Both the position numbers and the translations under genes were made by a program. A stretch of 64,000 nucleotides of DNA from Microcoleus sp. GTDB taxonomy: Bacteria > Cyanobacteriota > Cyanobacteriia > Cyanobacteriales > Microcoleaceae. The stretch covers positions 2,560,001 through 2,624,000 of the forward strand of contig CP181291.1 of assembly GCA_052279835.1 (NCBI GenBank). The letters run 5' to 3'. This document shows, piece after piece, positions 30,787-42,729 of this stretch; the first letter of the stretch is position 1, and every line of letters begins with the position of its first letter. The notes under the pieces were generated by a model that saw nothing but the letters and a program-made list of their open reading frames with translations, searched no databases and was not told where the DNA came from.

Positions 30787-33700
30787 TTAGAACAAGAACA
30801 ACTCAGAGTTGCCCGAAGCTCCCAAATTGACATCGACAGTTGCAAACAAACTGTTGCCACCAACCGTAGAACCGTTGCTATCGTAATACAGTTTAGTAAC
30901 TGCACCATCGTAGAGAGCAATAATCGACGGGCCAGTCAAAGTTGACTCGATCCCACTTACAGTAGCAACTGTGCTGCTATAAGCGTAGAAACTCGAACCC
31001 AAAGGCCCAGAACCAGTCGTAAAGGCAGCAAAACCAGTTTTGTCGAGGTTAATTACATCATCAGCAGTGCTGTAATTGGTAATTAAATCCCCGCCACCAA
31101 CAGAAGTTCCAGTGAACACAAACACATCCAAACCAGCACCGCCGTTGAGAACATTAGTTCCCAAACCGCCGATTAAAGTGTCATTTCCAGCACCACCATT
31201 GATGGTATCGTTACCACCGCCACCGAAGAGACTGTCGTTACCATCATCCCCAGAGAGACTGTCGTTACCCAAACCACCATTGAAAATATCAGCACCAGAA
31301 CCGCCGTTCAAAATGTCAGCAAAGTCCGTACCGGTGACGTTATTAACAGCACTATTGCCTGTAAACAATACAGGGGTGGTAAAGTTGTAACCGCCTGCGC
31401 CGGAACCGAAGTTGTTAATGGCAACGGGGTAAGTATTTCCCGCAGCAGTCAAGTCAACCACACTACCAGAAGCAGAAGCAGTAGTATTACCAGCCGGAGC
31501 AGAGCCTAGGGAGCCTGTGAATACAAAGTCCGAAGTACCCAAACTCACCGCAGCAGTACCAAAGCTAGCCACCGTGGTAGAACCACCCGGTGCAGTACCG
31601 TTGGAGTCAAACACCAACACAGTCTCGTTAGCTGCATTCGTAAATACGAAGAAACCAGGAGTGGTGGAAGAGCCTAGAGCCTTAGCTTGAGCTGCTTCGA
31701 CTGTGGCATAAGTACCGCCGGTGAAAATCACCAACTCTTTGCCCGTCACATCAGGAGCGCTACCGCTAACAGCATCAAAGTTAGTTGTCGTCAAATTGCC
31801 GAAAGCACCGCTGACGAACTGCAATTTGTCAACTCCAGCAGTAAAGTCAGTAATCGTATCACCGCCTTCACCAGGAGCCTTGTAAACAAACAGATCCGCA
31901 CCAGAACCACCAGTGAGAATATCAACACCGCCACCACCTGTGATGATGTCAGCAAACGGAGTACCAATCACGGTGTTAGCACTCTCATTACCTGTAAATA
32001 AGACAGGGCCGCTGAAGTTGTAACCGCCGGCGCCGGAACCGAAGTTGTTCAAGCCACTGGGGTAAGTATTTCCCGCAGCAGTCAAGTCAACCACACTATT
32101 AGAAGCAGAAACATTAGTATTACCAGCCGGGGCAGAGCCTAGGGAGCCTGTGAATACAAAGTCCGAAGTACCCAAACTCACCGCAGCAGTACCAAAGCTA
32201 GCCACCGTGGTGGAACCACCCGGTGCAGTACCGTTGGAGTCAAACACCAACACAGTCTCGTTAGCTGCATTCGTAAATACGAAGAAACCAGGAGTGGTGG
32301 AAGAGCCTAGAGCCTTAGCTTGAGCAGCTTGGACAGTGGCATAAGTACCGCCGGTGAAAATCACCAACTCTTTGCCCGTCACATCAGGAGCGCTACCGCT
32401 AACAGCATCAAAGTTAGTTGTAGTCAAATTGCCGAAAGCACCGCTGACGAACTGCAATTTGTCAACTCCAAAGGCGAAGTCGGTAATGGTATCACCACCG
32501 TCCAAGGGGCCATTGTAAACAAAGATATCTGCACCGGAACCGCCAGTGAGCAAATCTGCACCGATGCCACCGTTGAGAGTATCTGCACCGCTACCGCCAC
32601 TGATAATATCAGCACCGGAACCACCGTTCAAAATATCAGCAAAAGCCGTACCTGTAACGTTATTTACACTGTCATTCCCGATGAACAATACAGGGCCACT
32701 GAAATTGTAACCGCCGGCGCCGGAACCGAAGTTGTTAAAGGCGACGGGATAAGTATTTCCAGCAGCAGTCAAGTCAACAATACTGTTATTAGGCGGTGGA
32801 GGTGGAGCAGAGCCGAGGGAACCTGTAAACACAAAGTCCGAGGTGCCCAAACTCACAGCAGCAGTACCAAAGTTAGCCACTGTGGTAGAACCACCAGGTG
32901 CAGTACCGTTGGAGTCAAACACCAACACAGTCTCGTTGGCTGCATTCGTAAATACGAAGAAACCAGGAGTAGTGGAAGAGCCTAGAGCCTTAGCTTGAGC
33001 AGCTTCGACAGTGGCATAAGTACCGCCGGTGAAAATCACCAACTCTTTGCCAGTCACATCAGGAGCACTACCGCTAACAGCATCAAAGTTAGTTGTAGTC
33101 AAATTGCCGAAAGCGCCACTGACGAACTGCAATTTGTCAACTCCTGACTTAAAGTCAAGAATTTTATCGCCACCTTCTTTCGTTGTGGTGTAAGCAAAGA
33201 TATCAGCACCGCTACCGCCTGTTAGGAGATCCGCGCCGAGGCTGCCAGTAATCGTATCGTTGCCGTCACCGCCGTTGATGGTATCACTAAAATTGCTGCC
33301 AACAATGTTGTCATCGCCTCCTAAACCATCGAATTTAATTCCCGCTGGAGAAGTGCTGAAATTCACATTGTCAGGGCCGGGAGTACCGACAGGAAGATTT
33401 AGCGGTGGGCCAGTGAACACAAAGTTACTGACTTTGAAGCTAAATTTCACTGAGAAACTAGCGACAATATCAAAACGAAGCCCAACTGAATATACCAGCA
33501 CATTACGGCCAGTATCGGCATCTGTAAACTGACAGAAAGTAGGTCTTTCGGTATCGCCGCCCAAAGCTTTAAACCGCGCTTGCAAAGTTGCAATGCTAGT
33601 GACGGTGGTATCAGCGCTGAAGTCGAGCAAATTATTGCTGCCGATGATGCCAACAACAGAAGTAGCAGTAATCTCAATTCGGGTTAAGCTAGCAACGCTG

Positions 33701-36027
33701 AGACTAAAAGCAGCATTAGAGAACTCTAAAACATCGTCATCTTTAAAGTCAGTAATTAAGTCTGCGTCTGAAACTTTGGTGATGGCTTCGCGGGATTTCT
33801 TGTAAATAAACCGATTCTTCCCAGCACCACCACTGAGAATATTTGTGCCTTCCCCACCTTCTATGGAGTCATCGCCCTCATTTCCGGTTAATGTGTCATT
33901 CCCAGCACCGCCAATGATTTTGTCGCTGCCTATGCCACCTTCGATGGAGTCCTCGTCATCGCCACCTTCGATGTCGTCATCGCCTTCGTCGCCTTTGATT
34001 TTGCCCTTGCCTTTCCCTCCTTTTATTTTGTCGTTGCCTATGCCACCTTCGATCTCGTCATCGTCATCGCCGCCTTGAATATCGTCATTGCCTTCATCGC
34101 CTTTAATTTTGTTTTTACCCTTCCCTCCTTTGATCTTGTCTGAACCCTTACCACCTTTTATGTCATCGTCACCATCGCCGCCCTCGATGTCGTCATCGAG
34201 TACAGAACCGACAATGACTTGAGGAGCTGTATTGCCAGCAAAATTAAAGACTGTTTGAACAACATTCAAACTAAATTTCTGATTGGTGACAGTAGTTTTG
34301 CCGTCGGTAACTTTAAAGCCAAAACTAACTGCACCGGTGAAGCTAGCTACGCCTTGGAAAGTTAATGAACCGGCATTAATGTCTGCTTGGGAGAAGGTTA
34401 AACCTAGTTGTGTTACTTCTACTCCCTTTAAGAACAGTTTCCCACTGGTAGCAGGAGGTAGTTCCGTCAGCGTGAAGATAATGGCGTTGGGGCTTTGTTC
34501 GCGATCGAAAAACTTCAAATCGCTAGAAGTAATAGTCTGTGTTTTCCCGGAACCAAGAATAACATCGTTGTTAGCTTCCAGTCGCGGAGGAGTGTTAATC
34601 GGCGTTGGAGTTGTTACCGTATTGTTTGGGGCAGAAACAGTAACTCCCAAAAAGCTGGCGGCTTTGAGAATACTAGCGTTGACATTCAACAATAGCGCCA
34701 GCACAAAGTTACTGCTGCCACGAATTTCGGTATTGACGCCAACTTGGACAAAGGACAAACTGCTAAAATTTAAGCTGCCAGATACCAGAAATTTGTCATT
34801 TTCTGTGAAGTCAGTGATGACTGAATTTGGCCCAGAAGTGCGATCGCTAATGACAAAAATGTCATCTCCAGCACCACCGGTACAGGTATGGTTGCCAGTA
34901 CCGCCTACGATCGTATCGTTGCCAGAACCGCCCATCAAGGTGTCATCGCCAGAGCCACCGCCGACAACGCTATCGTCACCGTCGCCGCCGTCTATCATGT
35001 CATTACCATCACCAGCGACGATGGTATCCTTGCCTGCACCACCCATGCAAGTGTCGTCACCGCCGCCACCCATCACGGTGTCGTCGCCGTCGCCACCGTC
35101 TGTCATGTCATTGCCGGCACCGCCCATGAGACTGTCATCGTCAGCGCCACCGACAATACTGTCGTCGCCGTCATCGCCCATGCAAGTGTCTTTGCCGGCA
35201 CCGCCGATGATGGTATCCTTGCCTTCACCACCTGTCACGCTGTCGTCGCCGTCGTCACCCATGCAAGTGTCGTCGCCAATACCACCTACAACGGTATCGT
35301 CGCCTTTACCACCGTTAACTTGGTCGTTGCCGGTGCCGCCGTCGCAATTGTCGTTGCCTAGGTCCCCTCTGACGGTATCGTTGCCTTCGCCACCCTTGGA
35401 GGTATCGTTGCCTTTGCCACCGTAGACGTTATCGCTGCCACTGCCGCCATCAACGTCATCGTTGCCCTCGTTACCGTATACGAAGTCATCGTCATCATCA
35501 CCTTTGCAGGTATCGTTGCCGCTACCGCCAATAATGGTATCGTTGTCTTTGCCACCGAAGATGGAGTCGTTGCCGTTGCCACCGTCGCACTTGTCTTTAC
35601 CCCGATCGCCTCGGATTTCGTCATCGCCATCGTCACCATCGCATTTGTCGTCATCTTTACCGCCGTAGATTTTATCTTTGTCACGGCTGCCTTTTATCTC
35701 GTCTTTGCCTTTTTTGCCGAAGAGCGACTTGTTACCACTGGTGGCGGTAATTAAGTCATCGTCATCAGTGCCTTCGATGGTGTCGCCCTTTTCTTTGATG
35801 CCTTTGGTGTCAACCCTCCGATCGGCGCTACTTTCTTCGGGTGTGTCGTTAAATGCACTCTCCTTTTTGTTGTCAACGGTGTTGTTCAACTTTTGGGCGA
35901 TCGCCTCTTCAATTAATTTTGTGAAATCGGGCTCGGAGTTATCAGAGTCGGAACTTTCAACCAAACTATCACCTCGATCGGGAAACAGTGTCCCCGACAG
36001 ATTAGCCAACAACATTTCTTCTTCCAT
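30787..36027 (-). CDS. Large RTX/hemolysin-type Ca-binding surface protein with cadherin-like domain and three internal ~200-aa repeats
   Basis: Many GGxGxD nonapeptides; FSQADINAG cadherin-like motif; GVDKLQFVSGAFGNLTTTNF block x3. Confidence 0.88.
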   Translation of the reverse strand: MEEEMLLANLSGTLFPDRGDSLVESSDSDNSEPDFTKLIEEAIAQKLNNTVDNKKESAFNDTPEESSADRRVDTKGIKEKGDTIEGTDDDDLITATSGNKSLFGKKGKDEIKGSRDKDKIYGGKDDDKCDGDDGDDEIRGDRGKDKCDGGNGNDSIFGGKDNDTIIGGSGNDTCKGDDDDDFVYGNEGNDDVDGGSGSDNVYGGKGNDTSKGGEGNDTVRGDLGNDNCDGGTGNDQVNGGKGDDTVVGGIGDDTCMGDDGDDSVTGGEGKDTIIGGAGKDTCMGDDGDDSIVGGADDDSLMGGAGNDMTDGGDGDDTVMGGGGDDTCMGGAGKDTIVAGDGNDMIDGGDGDDSVVGGGSGDDTLMGGSGNDTIVGGTGNHTCTGGAGDDIFVISDRTSGPNSVITDFTENDKFLVSGSLNFSSLSFVQVGVNTEIRGSSNFVLALLLNVNASILKAASFLGVTVSAPNNTVTTPTPINTPPRLEANNDVILGSGKTQTITSSDLKFFDREQSPNAIIFTLTELPPATSGKLFLKGVEVTQLGLTFSQADINAGSLTFQGVASFTGAVSFGFKVTDGKTTVTNQKFSLNVVQTVFNFAGNTAPQVIVGSVLDDDIEGGDGDDDIKGGKGSDKIKGGKGKNKIKGDEGNDDIQGGDDDDEIEGGIGNDKIKGGKGKGKIKGDEGDDDIEGGDDEDSIEGGIGSDKIIGGAGNDTLTGNEGDDSIEGGEGTNILSGGAGKNRFIYKKSREAITKVSDADLITDFKDDDVLEFSNAAFSLSVASLTRIEITATSVVGIIGSNNLLDFSADTTVTSIATLQARFKALGGDTERPTFCQFTDADTGRNVLVYSVGLRFDIVASFSVKFSFKVSNFVFTGPPLNLPVGTPGPDNVNFSTSPAGIKFDGLGGDDNIVGSNFSDTINGGDGNDTITGSLGADLLTGGSGADIFAYTTTKEGGDKILDFKSGVDKLQFVSGAFGNLTTTNFDAVSGSAPDVTGKELVIFTGGTYATVEAAQAKALGSSTTPGFFVFTNAANETVLVFDSNGTAPGGSTTVANFGTAAVSLGTSDFVFTGSLGSAPPPPPNNSIVDLTAAGNTYPVAFNNFGSGAGGYNFSGPVLFIGNDSVNNVTGTAFADILNGGSGADIISGGSGADTLNGGIGADLLTGGSGADIFVYNGPLDGGDTITDFAFGVDKLQFVSGAFGNLTTTNFDAVSGSAPDVTGKELVIFTGGTYATVQAAQAKALGSSTTPGFFVFTNAANETVLVFDSNGTAPGGSTTVASFGTAAVSLGTSDFVFTGSLGSAPAGNTNVSASNSVVDLTAAGNTYPSGLNNFGSGAGGYNFSGPVLFTGNESANTVIGTPFADIITGGGGVDILTGGSGADLFVYKAPGEGGDTITDFTAGVDKLQFVSGAFGNLTTTNFDAVSGSAPDVTGKELVIFTGGTYATVEAAQAKALGSSTTPGFFVFTNAANETVLVFDSNGTAPGGSTTVASFGTAAVSLGTSDFVFTGSLGSAPAGNTTASASGSVVDLTAAGNTYPVAINNFGSGAGGYNFTTPVLFTGNSAVNNVTGTDFADILNGGSGADIFNGGLGNDSLSGDDGNDSLFGGGGNDTINGGAGNDTLIGGLGTNVLNGGAGLDVFVFTGTSVGGGDLITNYSTADDVINLDKTGFAAFTTGSGPLGSSFYAYSSTVATVSGIESTLTGPSIIALYDGAVTKLYYDSNGSTVGGNSLFATVDVNLGASGNSELFLF

Positions 36028-36816
36028 CTTTAATTATTCCTGCAAACGAATTGATGGTGAAACTGGAATTATTTCCTGCTAAACTAGGAGCTAGAAAAAC
36101 ACTTTCAAGCTTCTTTATTTTGCCTACTACAGGGGTTCTGTGAGGCAATTTTTAGCAAGATATTCCTGTTTGATTGTAAAGGTTATATTTGGTAATTGCA
36201 AGTCTTTTTTTCAGGAATTACGTACTAACAATAATGGAGATGCTAAATACAGAGTAAGCTTGACCTTACACTACGTTTACTCGTGTTTCTGCGTATTTTC
36301 CACAGTTCAAGACCCTGATTTTAAATTGTCTACGTAATTCCCACAGTATAATTCGGTGAATTCTTACTTGCAATGTACAAAGCCCAGCCCATAACTACCC
36401 TAAACACTAAATCCTTAAAATTGAGCGGGCTTTTGAGAAATCTAGCAGGGATTATATTGAAATTTTGTAACAATCCCTTGACAACAATCTCTGGACAACA
36501 ATCCCAGTAATGATAAATTCCTACAGGTGCAGGATTCTAGGGACAGTGACTTAAAATTCCTGCTTCGAGTTCCCGATAATTAATTATTGTTTTATATAGT
36601 TTACTGATCAGAACATTTGTTTTTGTTGTGGATGTGGCAATCTCGTTGACCGCCCCTTTGCCCGATCGGAGTGGAAAAATATGTTTTTACCGCTAAGTAG
36701 TAAAAAGTACGCAAAATTATATCTATCTCAAGATAGATTATAAAAATATCCAGAGACAATGGAAAAGGTAAAAATGTAATATAGCCTTTCTAACTCTCCT
36801 ATGAGGTACGAGGGAG

Positions 36817-36985
36817 AATTGGTAATAGGTAATTAATTGGTAATGGGTAATTGGTCATGGGTAATGGGTAATTGGTAATTGGTAATTGGTAATAGGTAAT
36901 TGGTAATTGGTAATTGGTAATAGGTAATTGGTAATGGGTAATAGGTAATAGGTAATTGGTAATAGGTAATTGGTAAATAGTAATT
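36817..36985. repeat. STRR heptamer tract (TAATTGG/TAATAGG/TAATGGG)
   Basis: Seen directly. Confidence 0.92.
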
Positions 36986-37668
36986 TTTTGATGGATGACG
37001 AACGACGGAGGGTTGAGATTTTAAATTGGGGATACTCGATAAAAATAAGCACAACCCCGCAGATTCATTGATGCCCCTGGTCTGGAGGGGGGCAATGCCA
37101 AATCCCCAATGGCAAATACCCAATGCTCAATCGACAGACCAATTAACTAATTGACACACTATTGAGATGGGAGATGGAGGGCAGATGGTAGAGGATAAGC
37201 GGTGGCGACATTTACCTCCCAGGCACTCTCCCCCAAAAATTACCTCAACTTTGTTAGCCATATTACCCTGAAACCGGTGGGTGAGAGTAGAAGTAATTCT
37301 AATAAGAACTAAAGATCCGCCTGGTAAAGTGCTCCCAAGTTAACTTCACCATGCAATGAAAAACTTGAGTTTACCGCCAATGTAAAGGGGTCTGTGGTAG
37401 AGGTGCAAAATGTCAAAAATAGGAATATTTAAGTTAAGTAAGCTTTCCAAGAGCCACAAGGCCATAAAAACTAATAAACTGTTATTAAAGTACAAGTTTT
37501 ATAACCTCAAAGTGTTTGAGCAAATATTTCGCAACCAGGCGATCGCCAGATGGGAAGACGCCGATTCAGAAACTTTGATTGAAAGAGTAAACATAAGTTG
37601 GTCAATTGTTATTGCTAGTGACAAAAACCTAGGAAAGTTCAGAATTGAGGCGGGAGGGCATTAAATCA

Positions 37669-39993
37669 GTGAGCCAAGAATTTAGACTGTCTGTCACCCC
37701 TGTTGGGGATGACGAATACTTTGTGCGGACAGAAAAGGTTGCACCCGGTGTACCCTTGGGAGAAGAAAGAGTCCGCTGGCCGATCAACCAATGGCTGGCT
37801 TTGTCTGCCGAACTGATGAATGACCCCTTAATGGGCTTGCTTCAGGGAAAAACCAGTCGCGTGCAGTCGCGATCGGCAAAAAATCCAGCACCAAATTTAG
37901 TCGCCCTCGGCCAACAATTACACAGTGGGCTATTCCAAGGGCGGTTGCGGGATAGCTGGACTTGCGCTCAAGGCATAGCACAGCACCGCCGAGAAGTGCT
38001 GCAACTGCGTGTGGGACTCAAAGACAGACGGTTGTCACGGTTGCCTTGGGAGGTTCTACACGCTGACGATCGCCCCTTGGCCACTGGCACTGATGTGGTC
38101 TTCTCGCGCTACCACACGGGTACAAACCTGTTAAAACCAACTCGCATTATTCCCAATAGCGGCCCGTTAAGGATTTTAATGGCGATCGCCTCTCCCAGCG
38201 ATCGAGACAGCTTGCAACTAAAGCGAGAAGTTCTTCACCTGCAAGAAGAACTCCAAAACCGGACTGCGAACCCCCTCAAACAGAACCTGCACGCGCCAGA
38301 GATTCAATTGACAATTCTCGAACAGCCCGATCGAGAACAATTAACCCAAGCCCTAGAACAAGGACACTACCAAGTTCTGCACTACGCAGGACATAGCAAC
38401 TTGGGTTCCAGAGGTGGCGAACTTTACCTAGTCAGCAGCCGCACCGGCTTAACCGAAACCTTAAGTGGCGACGACTTAGCAGGTTTGCTAGTCAACAACG
38501 GCATTCAAATGGCCGTATTCAACTCTTGCCGAGGCGCCTATAGCGATGCCTCAAACCAGGCAGAAGATAGCCCCGAACGCAACTTAACAGAAGCTTTGGT
38601 GAAGCGGGGGATTCCAGCAGTGTTAGCAATGGCAGAAAGCATCCCCGACGATGTGGCCCTGACTCTGACAAGGCTGTTTTACCGCAACTTGAATCAAGGC
38701 TATCCAGTGGATCTGAGCCTGAGTCGCGCTAGAGCGGGACTGATTACTGCCTACGGTTCTCATCAGTTATACTGGGCTTTGCCCATTCTCTACCAGCACC
38801 CGGAATTTGACGGCTATCTGACAGGTACTCCTACTCAACAAGGGACAGGAGATTCTTTGCAGCCCAAAAAATCCCTAGCGTCGGAAACGCAGCCACTGTT
38901 GGCTGGTGCCAAATCGAAGACTTGGAATTCCGCTACTGTTGAGCAAGAAGCAGACTGTGCTGATGGGGAAGTCAGGAGCCATTTTCCAGACAAATTAGGA
39001 TTTTCTAGGGATGGGCTGGAGCAAAATTCTGCACTCTCGACTGTAAATGCCCGGTCTCCACTTCCGGCAGCAATACCCCCCATTTCTACTCCTGGCTCTT
39101 CCCTTGTTACTACTCAACCAAGTCGCACTCAAGTAGCTACTGTCAAACCAATCAAAAAATTGGGATGGAAAAAATATCTGACTGTGGCGTTTTGTGCGTT
39201 GCCTCTGGCTTTGGGGGGTGGTTTTTTGGGGTGGCGGCAATTGCAAAACAGCAATTCCAAACCCGAAGAGTTATTACCAACGGTGCGGACTCCTATTTCC
39301 CAAGGTTATCTACAAATACAGCGGGTAAATTTGGCACAAACTCAGACTGCTAAAGTAATGGCGATCGCCCTCAACAACTTTCAGGCTGGGGAGACTTGGG
39401 CCGGTCTTAAAGCCACAGAAGCATTGCTCGATCGAGTAGCACTGCCACAGGCAGAAGGTGCTCTGCAAGCTGTCCCCAAATTTGCCCTAGATCAGCCAGA
39501 AGTTAATTTTCTTAAAGGTCGTTTGGCTTGGCAATTTCAACAAATCGGCAACAAAAAATACAGTGTTGACGACGCGAGGCGTTCCTGGGAGATCGCTCTC
39601 AAGGCGCGTCCACATTCTCTGAAGTATCGGAATGCTTTAGGTTTTGCTTATTATGCTGAAGGTAATTTCGAGCGTGCTTATCAAGTTTGGGCGGAAGTGC
39701 TCAATTCCATCGCACCGATTCCCAACAAACCAACTGCTTCTGTGTCTGTGCAAGCGGGCAATGATATTTTAACGGCGATCGCCGGTTTGGGAATGGTGAT
39801 GGCAAAACCTTTTCTCAACCTGACACCTCAACAGCAAGCAGCTCGTTTGACCAAAGCGATCGAATTTCGCCAACAAGTGATGGCTAGCGATCCGCTGAGT
39901 TTTGGGGCTGATGCCCTGGCGAAAAATTGGCTGTGGTCCGAGGCCGCAATTCGCGATTGGCAGTCCCTGCAAAAGTTGCAAAAAGCGCGATGA
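37669..39993 (+). CDS. hetF: HetF, CHAT (caspase-like) protease with TM segment and C-terminal TPR-like region
   Basis: N-terminus SQEFRLSVTPVG..RTEKVAPGVPL; LHYAGH and FNSC catalytic dyad; GTG start after GGGAGG. Confidence 0.85.
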   Translation: MSQEFRLSVTPVGDDEYFVRTEKVAPGVPLGEERVRWPINQWLALSAELMNDPLMGLLQGKTSRVQSRSAKNPAPNLVALGQQLHSGLFQGRLRDSWTCAQGIAQHRREVLQLRVGLKDRRLSRLPWEVLHADDRPLATGTDVVFSRYHTGTNLLKPTRIIPNSGPLRILMAIASPSDRDSLQLKREVLHLQEELQNRTANPLKQNLHAPEIQLTILEQPDREQLTQALEQGHYQVLHYAGHSNLGSRGGELYLVSSRTGLTETLSGDDLAGLLVNNGIQMAVFNSCRGAYSDASNQAEDSPERNLTEALVKRGIPAVLAMAESIPDDVALTLTRLFYRNLNQGYPVDLSLSRARAGLITAYGSHQLYWALPILYQHPEFDGYLTGTPTQQGTGDSLQPKKSLASETQPLLAGAKSKTWNSATVEQEADCADGEVRSHFPDKLGFSRDGLEQNSALSTVNARSPLPAAIPPISTPGSSLVTTQPSRTQVATVKPIKKLGWKKYLTVAFCALPLALGGGFLGWRQLQNSNSKPEELLPTVRTPISQGYLQIQRVNLAQTQTAKVMAIALNNFQAGETWAGLKATEALLDRVALPQAEGALQAVPKFALDQPEVNFLKGRLAWQFQQIGNKKYSVDDARRSWEIALKARPHSLKYRNALGFAYYAEGNFERAYQVWAEVLNSIAPIPNKPTASVSVQAGNDILTAIAGLGMVMAKPFLNLTPQQQAARLTKAIEFRQQVMASDPLSFGADALAKNWLWSEAAIRDWQSLQKLQKAR

Positions 39994-41119
39994 TCCATCG
40001 AAAGTATTGAGCAATATTCTAGTGTTCTGATTCTCTCTATCCACTGTTAAAATGTACAATTTTTGTGACCCGATCGACAGGCCCACTCAGCCCAAATATG
40101 CTGGTGGGCAAGTGTCGATCGGCTTGTGCGATCGGGCAAATTGATTTAGGGAAGAACGCACAATTGGAGCCGAACAAAGCAGAAATTGAGGGGGAAATTC
40201 AACAAAATCAATGGTTTCAGCAATTAAAAAAGTCCTCATTGCCAAGGCATTTGCTCTACCTCTAGGGTGTTGGATCATTTTTGTACCAACAGTGAGGCTC
40301 AGGGACGACTTTGCCTTGGTGAATTTGTGGCTGATGCTGCTTTGGGAGCGACAACCTACAGGGAACCAGTAGAAATTCAGTACATTACTGCCGCAAATCA
40401 GTGCCAGGAACGGCTGTTAATTGGTGGTGTGGCCAATATTTTGCACTAGCTGTCAGGGCGGTTGCGCGATCGTTTGTACCAGTGCCCATTGAGTGCCTTT
40501 TGGGCTAAAACCTGTGCAACGGCTAGGGCAAATTTTACCCAACTCCGATCGGATTGCCATCCCCCTGGTCTGTTCTCTACAAGTTATATGGTGAACAGTT
40601 TAATAGAAGATTCCTCCCAGGGATTTGGGGTTTTGAGGTCATTCCAGGGGCGAATAACTGGCTTTTCGAGTAGGTGCCAGTGCCATTGACAATCAGTACC
40701 GCTTCATCTTGTTGAGGTAAAATTTGGTAAAATTTCATCCCGCAGCGATCGGCGGTTTCCACAGATTTCCTCTACCTGGTACCCTAGGTATTTCCAGCGA
40801 TCGCGCTTGGCTTTTTACTTTAATGGCAGACCCGATCGGGGGACTGGTGAAAGCTGCTGAACAGACTTTACTCTCCAAAAGTAAACTCTTTAATTTGCAG
40901 CAACAATCCCGGAGTCGATCTCCGTCGCGAGCTCAATCATCAGGATTGAGCAGCAAATATATCACAGATCCAGCATCTTTAGTTTCAGACCAGACCTTGA
41001 GGCCGCAGAAATTAATCCAGAATCTTAATATTCAGAATTCTTAGTATTGACAGTCAAACAAAGTTCATCTAATGTGTTGTAATTGATATAAGTAAAGTCC
41101 AATAAGCGAGGTACGGTCA

Positions 41120-41530
41120 ATGGCAGAAACAGCAACAGCACCCTTAACAGGAAAAGGTCTGCTTCAAAAAATCAAAGGCAGCGATTTGCCACGCAGAGAA
41201 CTGGCAAAGCTTTGCGGCTACTTCACAGTGAGCAAGAGTGGAGAAACTCGGATTAACTTGGCTGAGTTTTACGATGCAGTGTTAGCTGCTAAGGGAATTG
41301 AGCTAGAGAAGTCGAAAGCTGATGGACGCGGACGAGAAGCCAGTTATCGAGCTAGCGTTCACAAGAATGGTTCCATCGTGATCGGGGCAAATTACACCCA
41401 AGAAATGGGATTAAAGCCCGGAGACGAGTTTGAAATTAAACTCGGATACAAGCACATTCGCTTGATTCAGATCGATGTGGACAGAGCTGATGTAGACATG
41501 GACGATCAAGAGGAGGATACAGAAGAATAG
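41120..41530 (+). CDS. Cyanobacterial AbrB-like transcriptional regulator (cyAbrB)
   Basis: PLTGK, GRGREASYRASVHKNG and LKPGDEFEIKLGYKHI motifs. Confidence 0.92.
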   Translation: MAETATAPLTGKGLLQKIKGSDLPRRELAKLCGYFTVSKSGETRINLAEFYDAVLAAKGIELEKSKADGRGREASYRASVHKNGSIVIGANYTQEMGLKPGDEFEIKLGYKHIRLIQIDVDRADVDMDDQEEDTEE

Positions 41531-41620
41531 CAGCGAACCTGATGCAGTCAGCCGATGGTAAGGCGACTAAATTTGGCATTCACTGTATGAATATTTGCGC
41601 GCCAACCTTCGATTTAACTG

Positions 41621-42088
41621 ATGAGCTGTCTTGACTATTTCTATTTTCTCTTGTCTCGCAAAGACTACAGTGCCTCTGAACTTCGCAAAAAGGGGCAAGA
41701 GAAAGGTTTTGGCCAGGTCGAAATATTGGAGGCGATCGCGCAAATTCAAGACCGGGGCTATCAGTCCGATACTCGCTTGGTGGCAAACTCGATCGCCTCT
41801 GCTGCAGGCAAATACGGGAAGTCTGCCGTCAAGCGCAAGTGCTTGCAAAAAGGAATTTCCAGCGATTTGTTCGAGCAAGTTTGGGAGGAAGCATCTGCAG
41901 AAAATGTAGACTCCGAAGTAGAAAAACTTGCCGGATTAAAAGCCAAAGTCATGCGAAAATACAAGATTGATACTTGGGATAAAGTAGATCCAAAGACCAA
42001 GGGTAAAGTCTTGAATTACCTCCAATACAGGGGGTTTAATCCCTTTGAAATTTGGGAGCAGTGGCAGCAGGAAGAAGCAGACGAGTAA
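41621..42088 (+). CDS. recX: RecX regulatory protein
   Basis: LLSRKDYS, YQSD, KYG and YLQYRGF motifs. Confidence 0.82.
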   Translation: MSCLDYFYFLLSRKDYSASELRKKGQEKGFGQVEILEAIAQIQDRGYQSDTRLVANSIASAAGKYGKSAVKRKCLQKGISSDLFEQVWEEASAENVDSEVEKLAGLKAKVMRKYKIDTWDKVDPKTKGKVLNYLQYRGFNPFEIWEQWQQEEADE

Positions 42089-42729
42089 TTTACTAGGACC
42101 AAGCTCGATTTCAGAAGCCCCCAGTTCGGCCAACTTAACTGTACTGCTGTTTTGGGGGTCCTATTCTATGTTGTCAGTTTTTCTAACTATGGGACTTAGA
42201 TGGAAATGGCAAACAAACAGGTGGTAGTCCCCAACTGGCAATTTTTAAAATTCGTACATCTGTTTGTGTCTGGCTAAAAGCTGTAGATATTTGGGGTTAT
42301 TTTTGGCCAGCATCCATTTCTCTTTAAAAATAGTGGCAGATTCCGCTTTCTCCGAATCCGGTGCCAGGGGCAAAATATTTTTACGGGTTGCGGTTTGTGC
42401 TTCAACAGAGTCCAGATTCTGAGGATTCTGCTGGTATTTTTTGCCGATGAAGGTGGTTCGCATAGCGCCGCGATCGAGTATAGCCTATTTGCAAAAACTT
42501 GCGGGCCATATCCGCTCCTACAAAATCTTGGCGATCGAGATACTCTAAAAACAGAGAGTAAATTTTGCTACTGGACTCCGCGGCAATTTCAGGAGTCTTA
42601 AATCTCCAAAAAGGCAAAATTTCTCCTTTATAGGGTAGCGAGCAGCAAGCAAAATAACTCAACATTTGTGGTAAAACCTTTACAAATCTCTTGATGGTAT
42701 GCTATGTTTATACTATAGGGGTCAAATTT

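Noticed and set aside
36100..37668. Antisense target of the array RNA in the hetF leader
   Set aside because: Only short partial matches (e.g. AGGTGCA) found by eye; no extended complement to TAGATGCACCCTGAT
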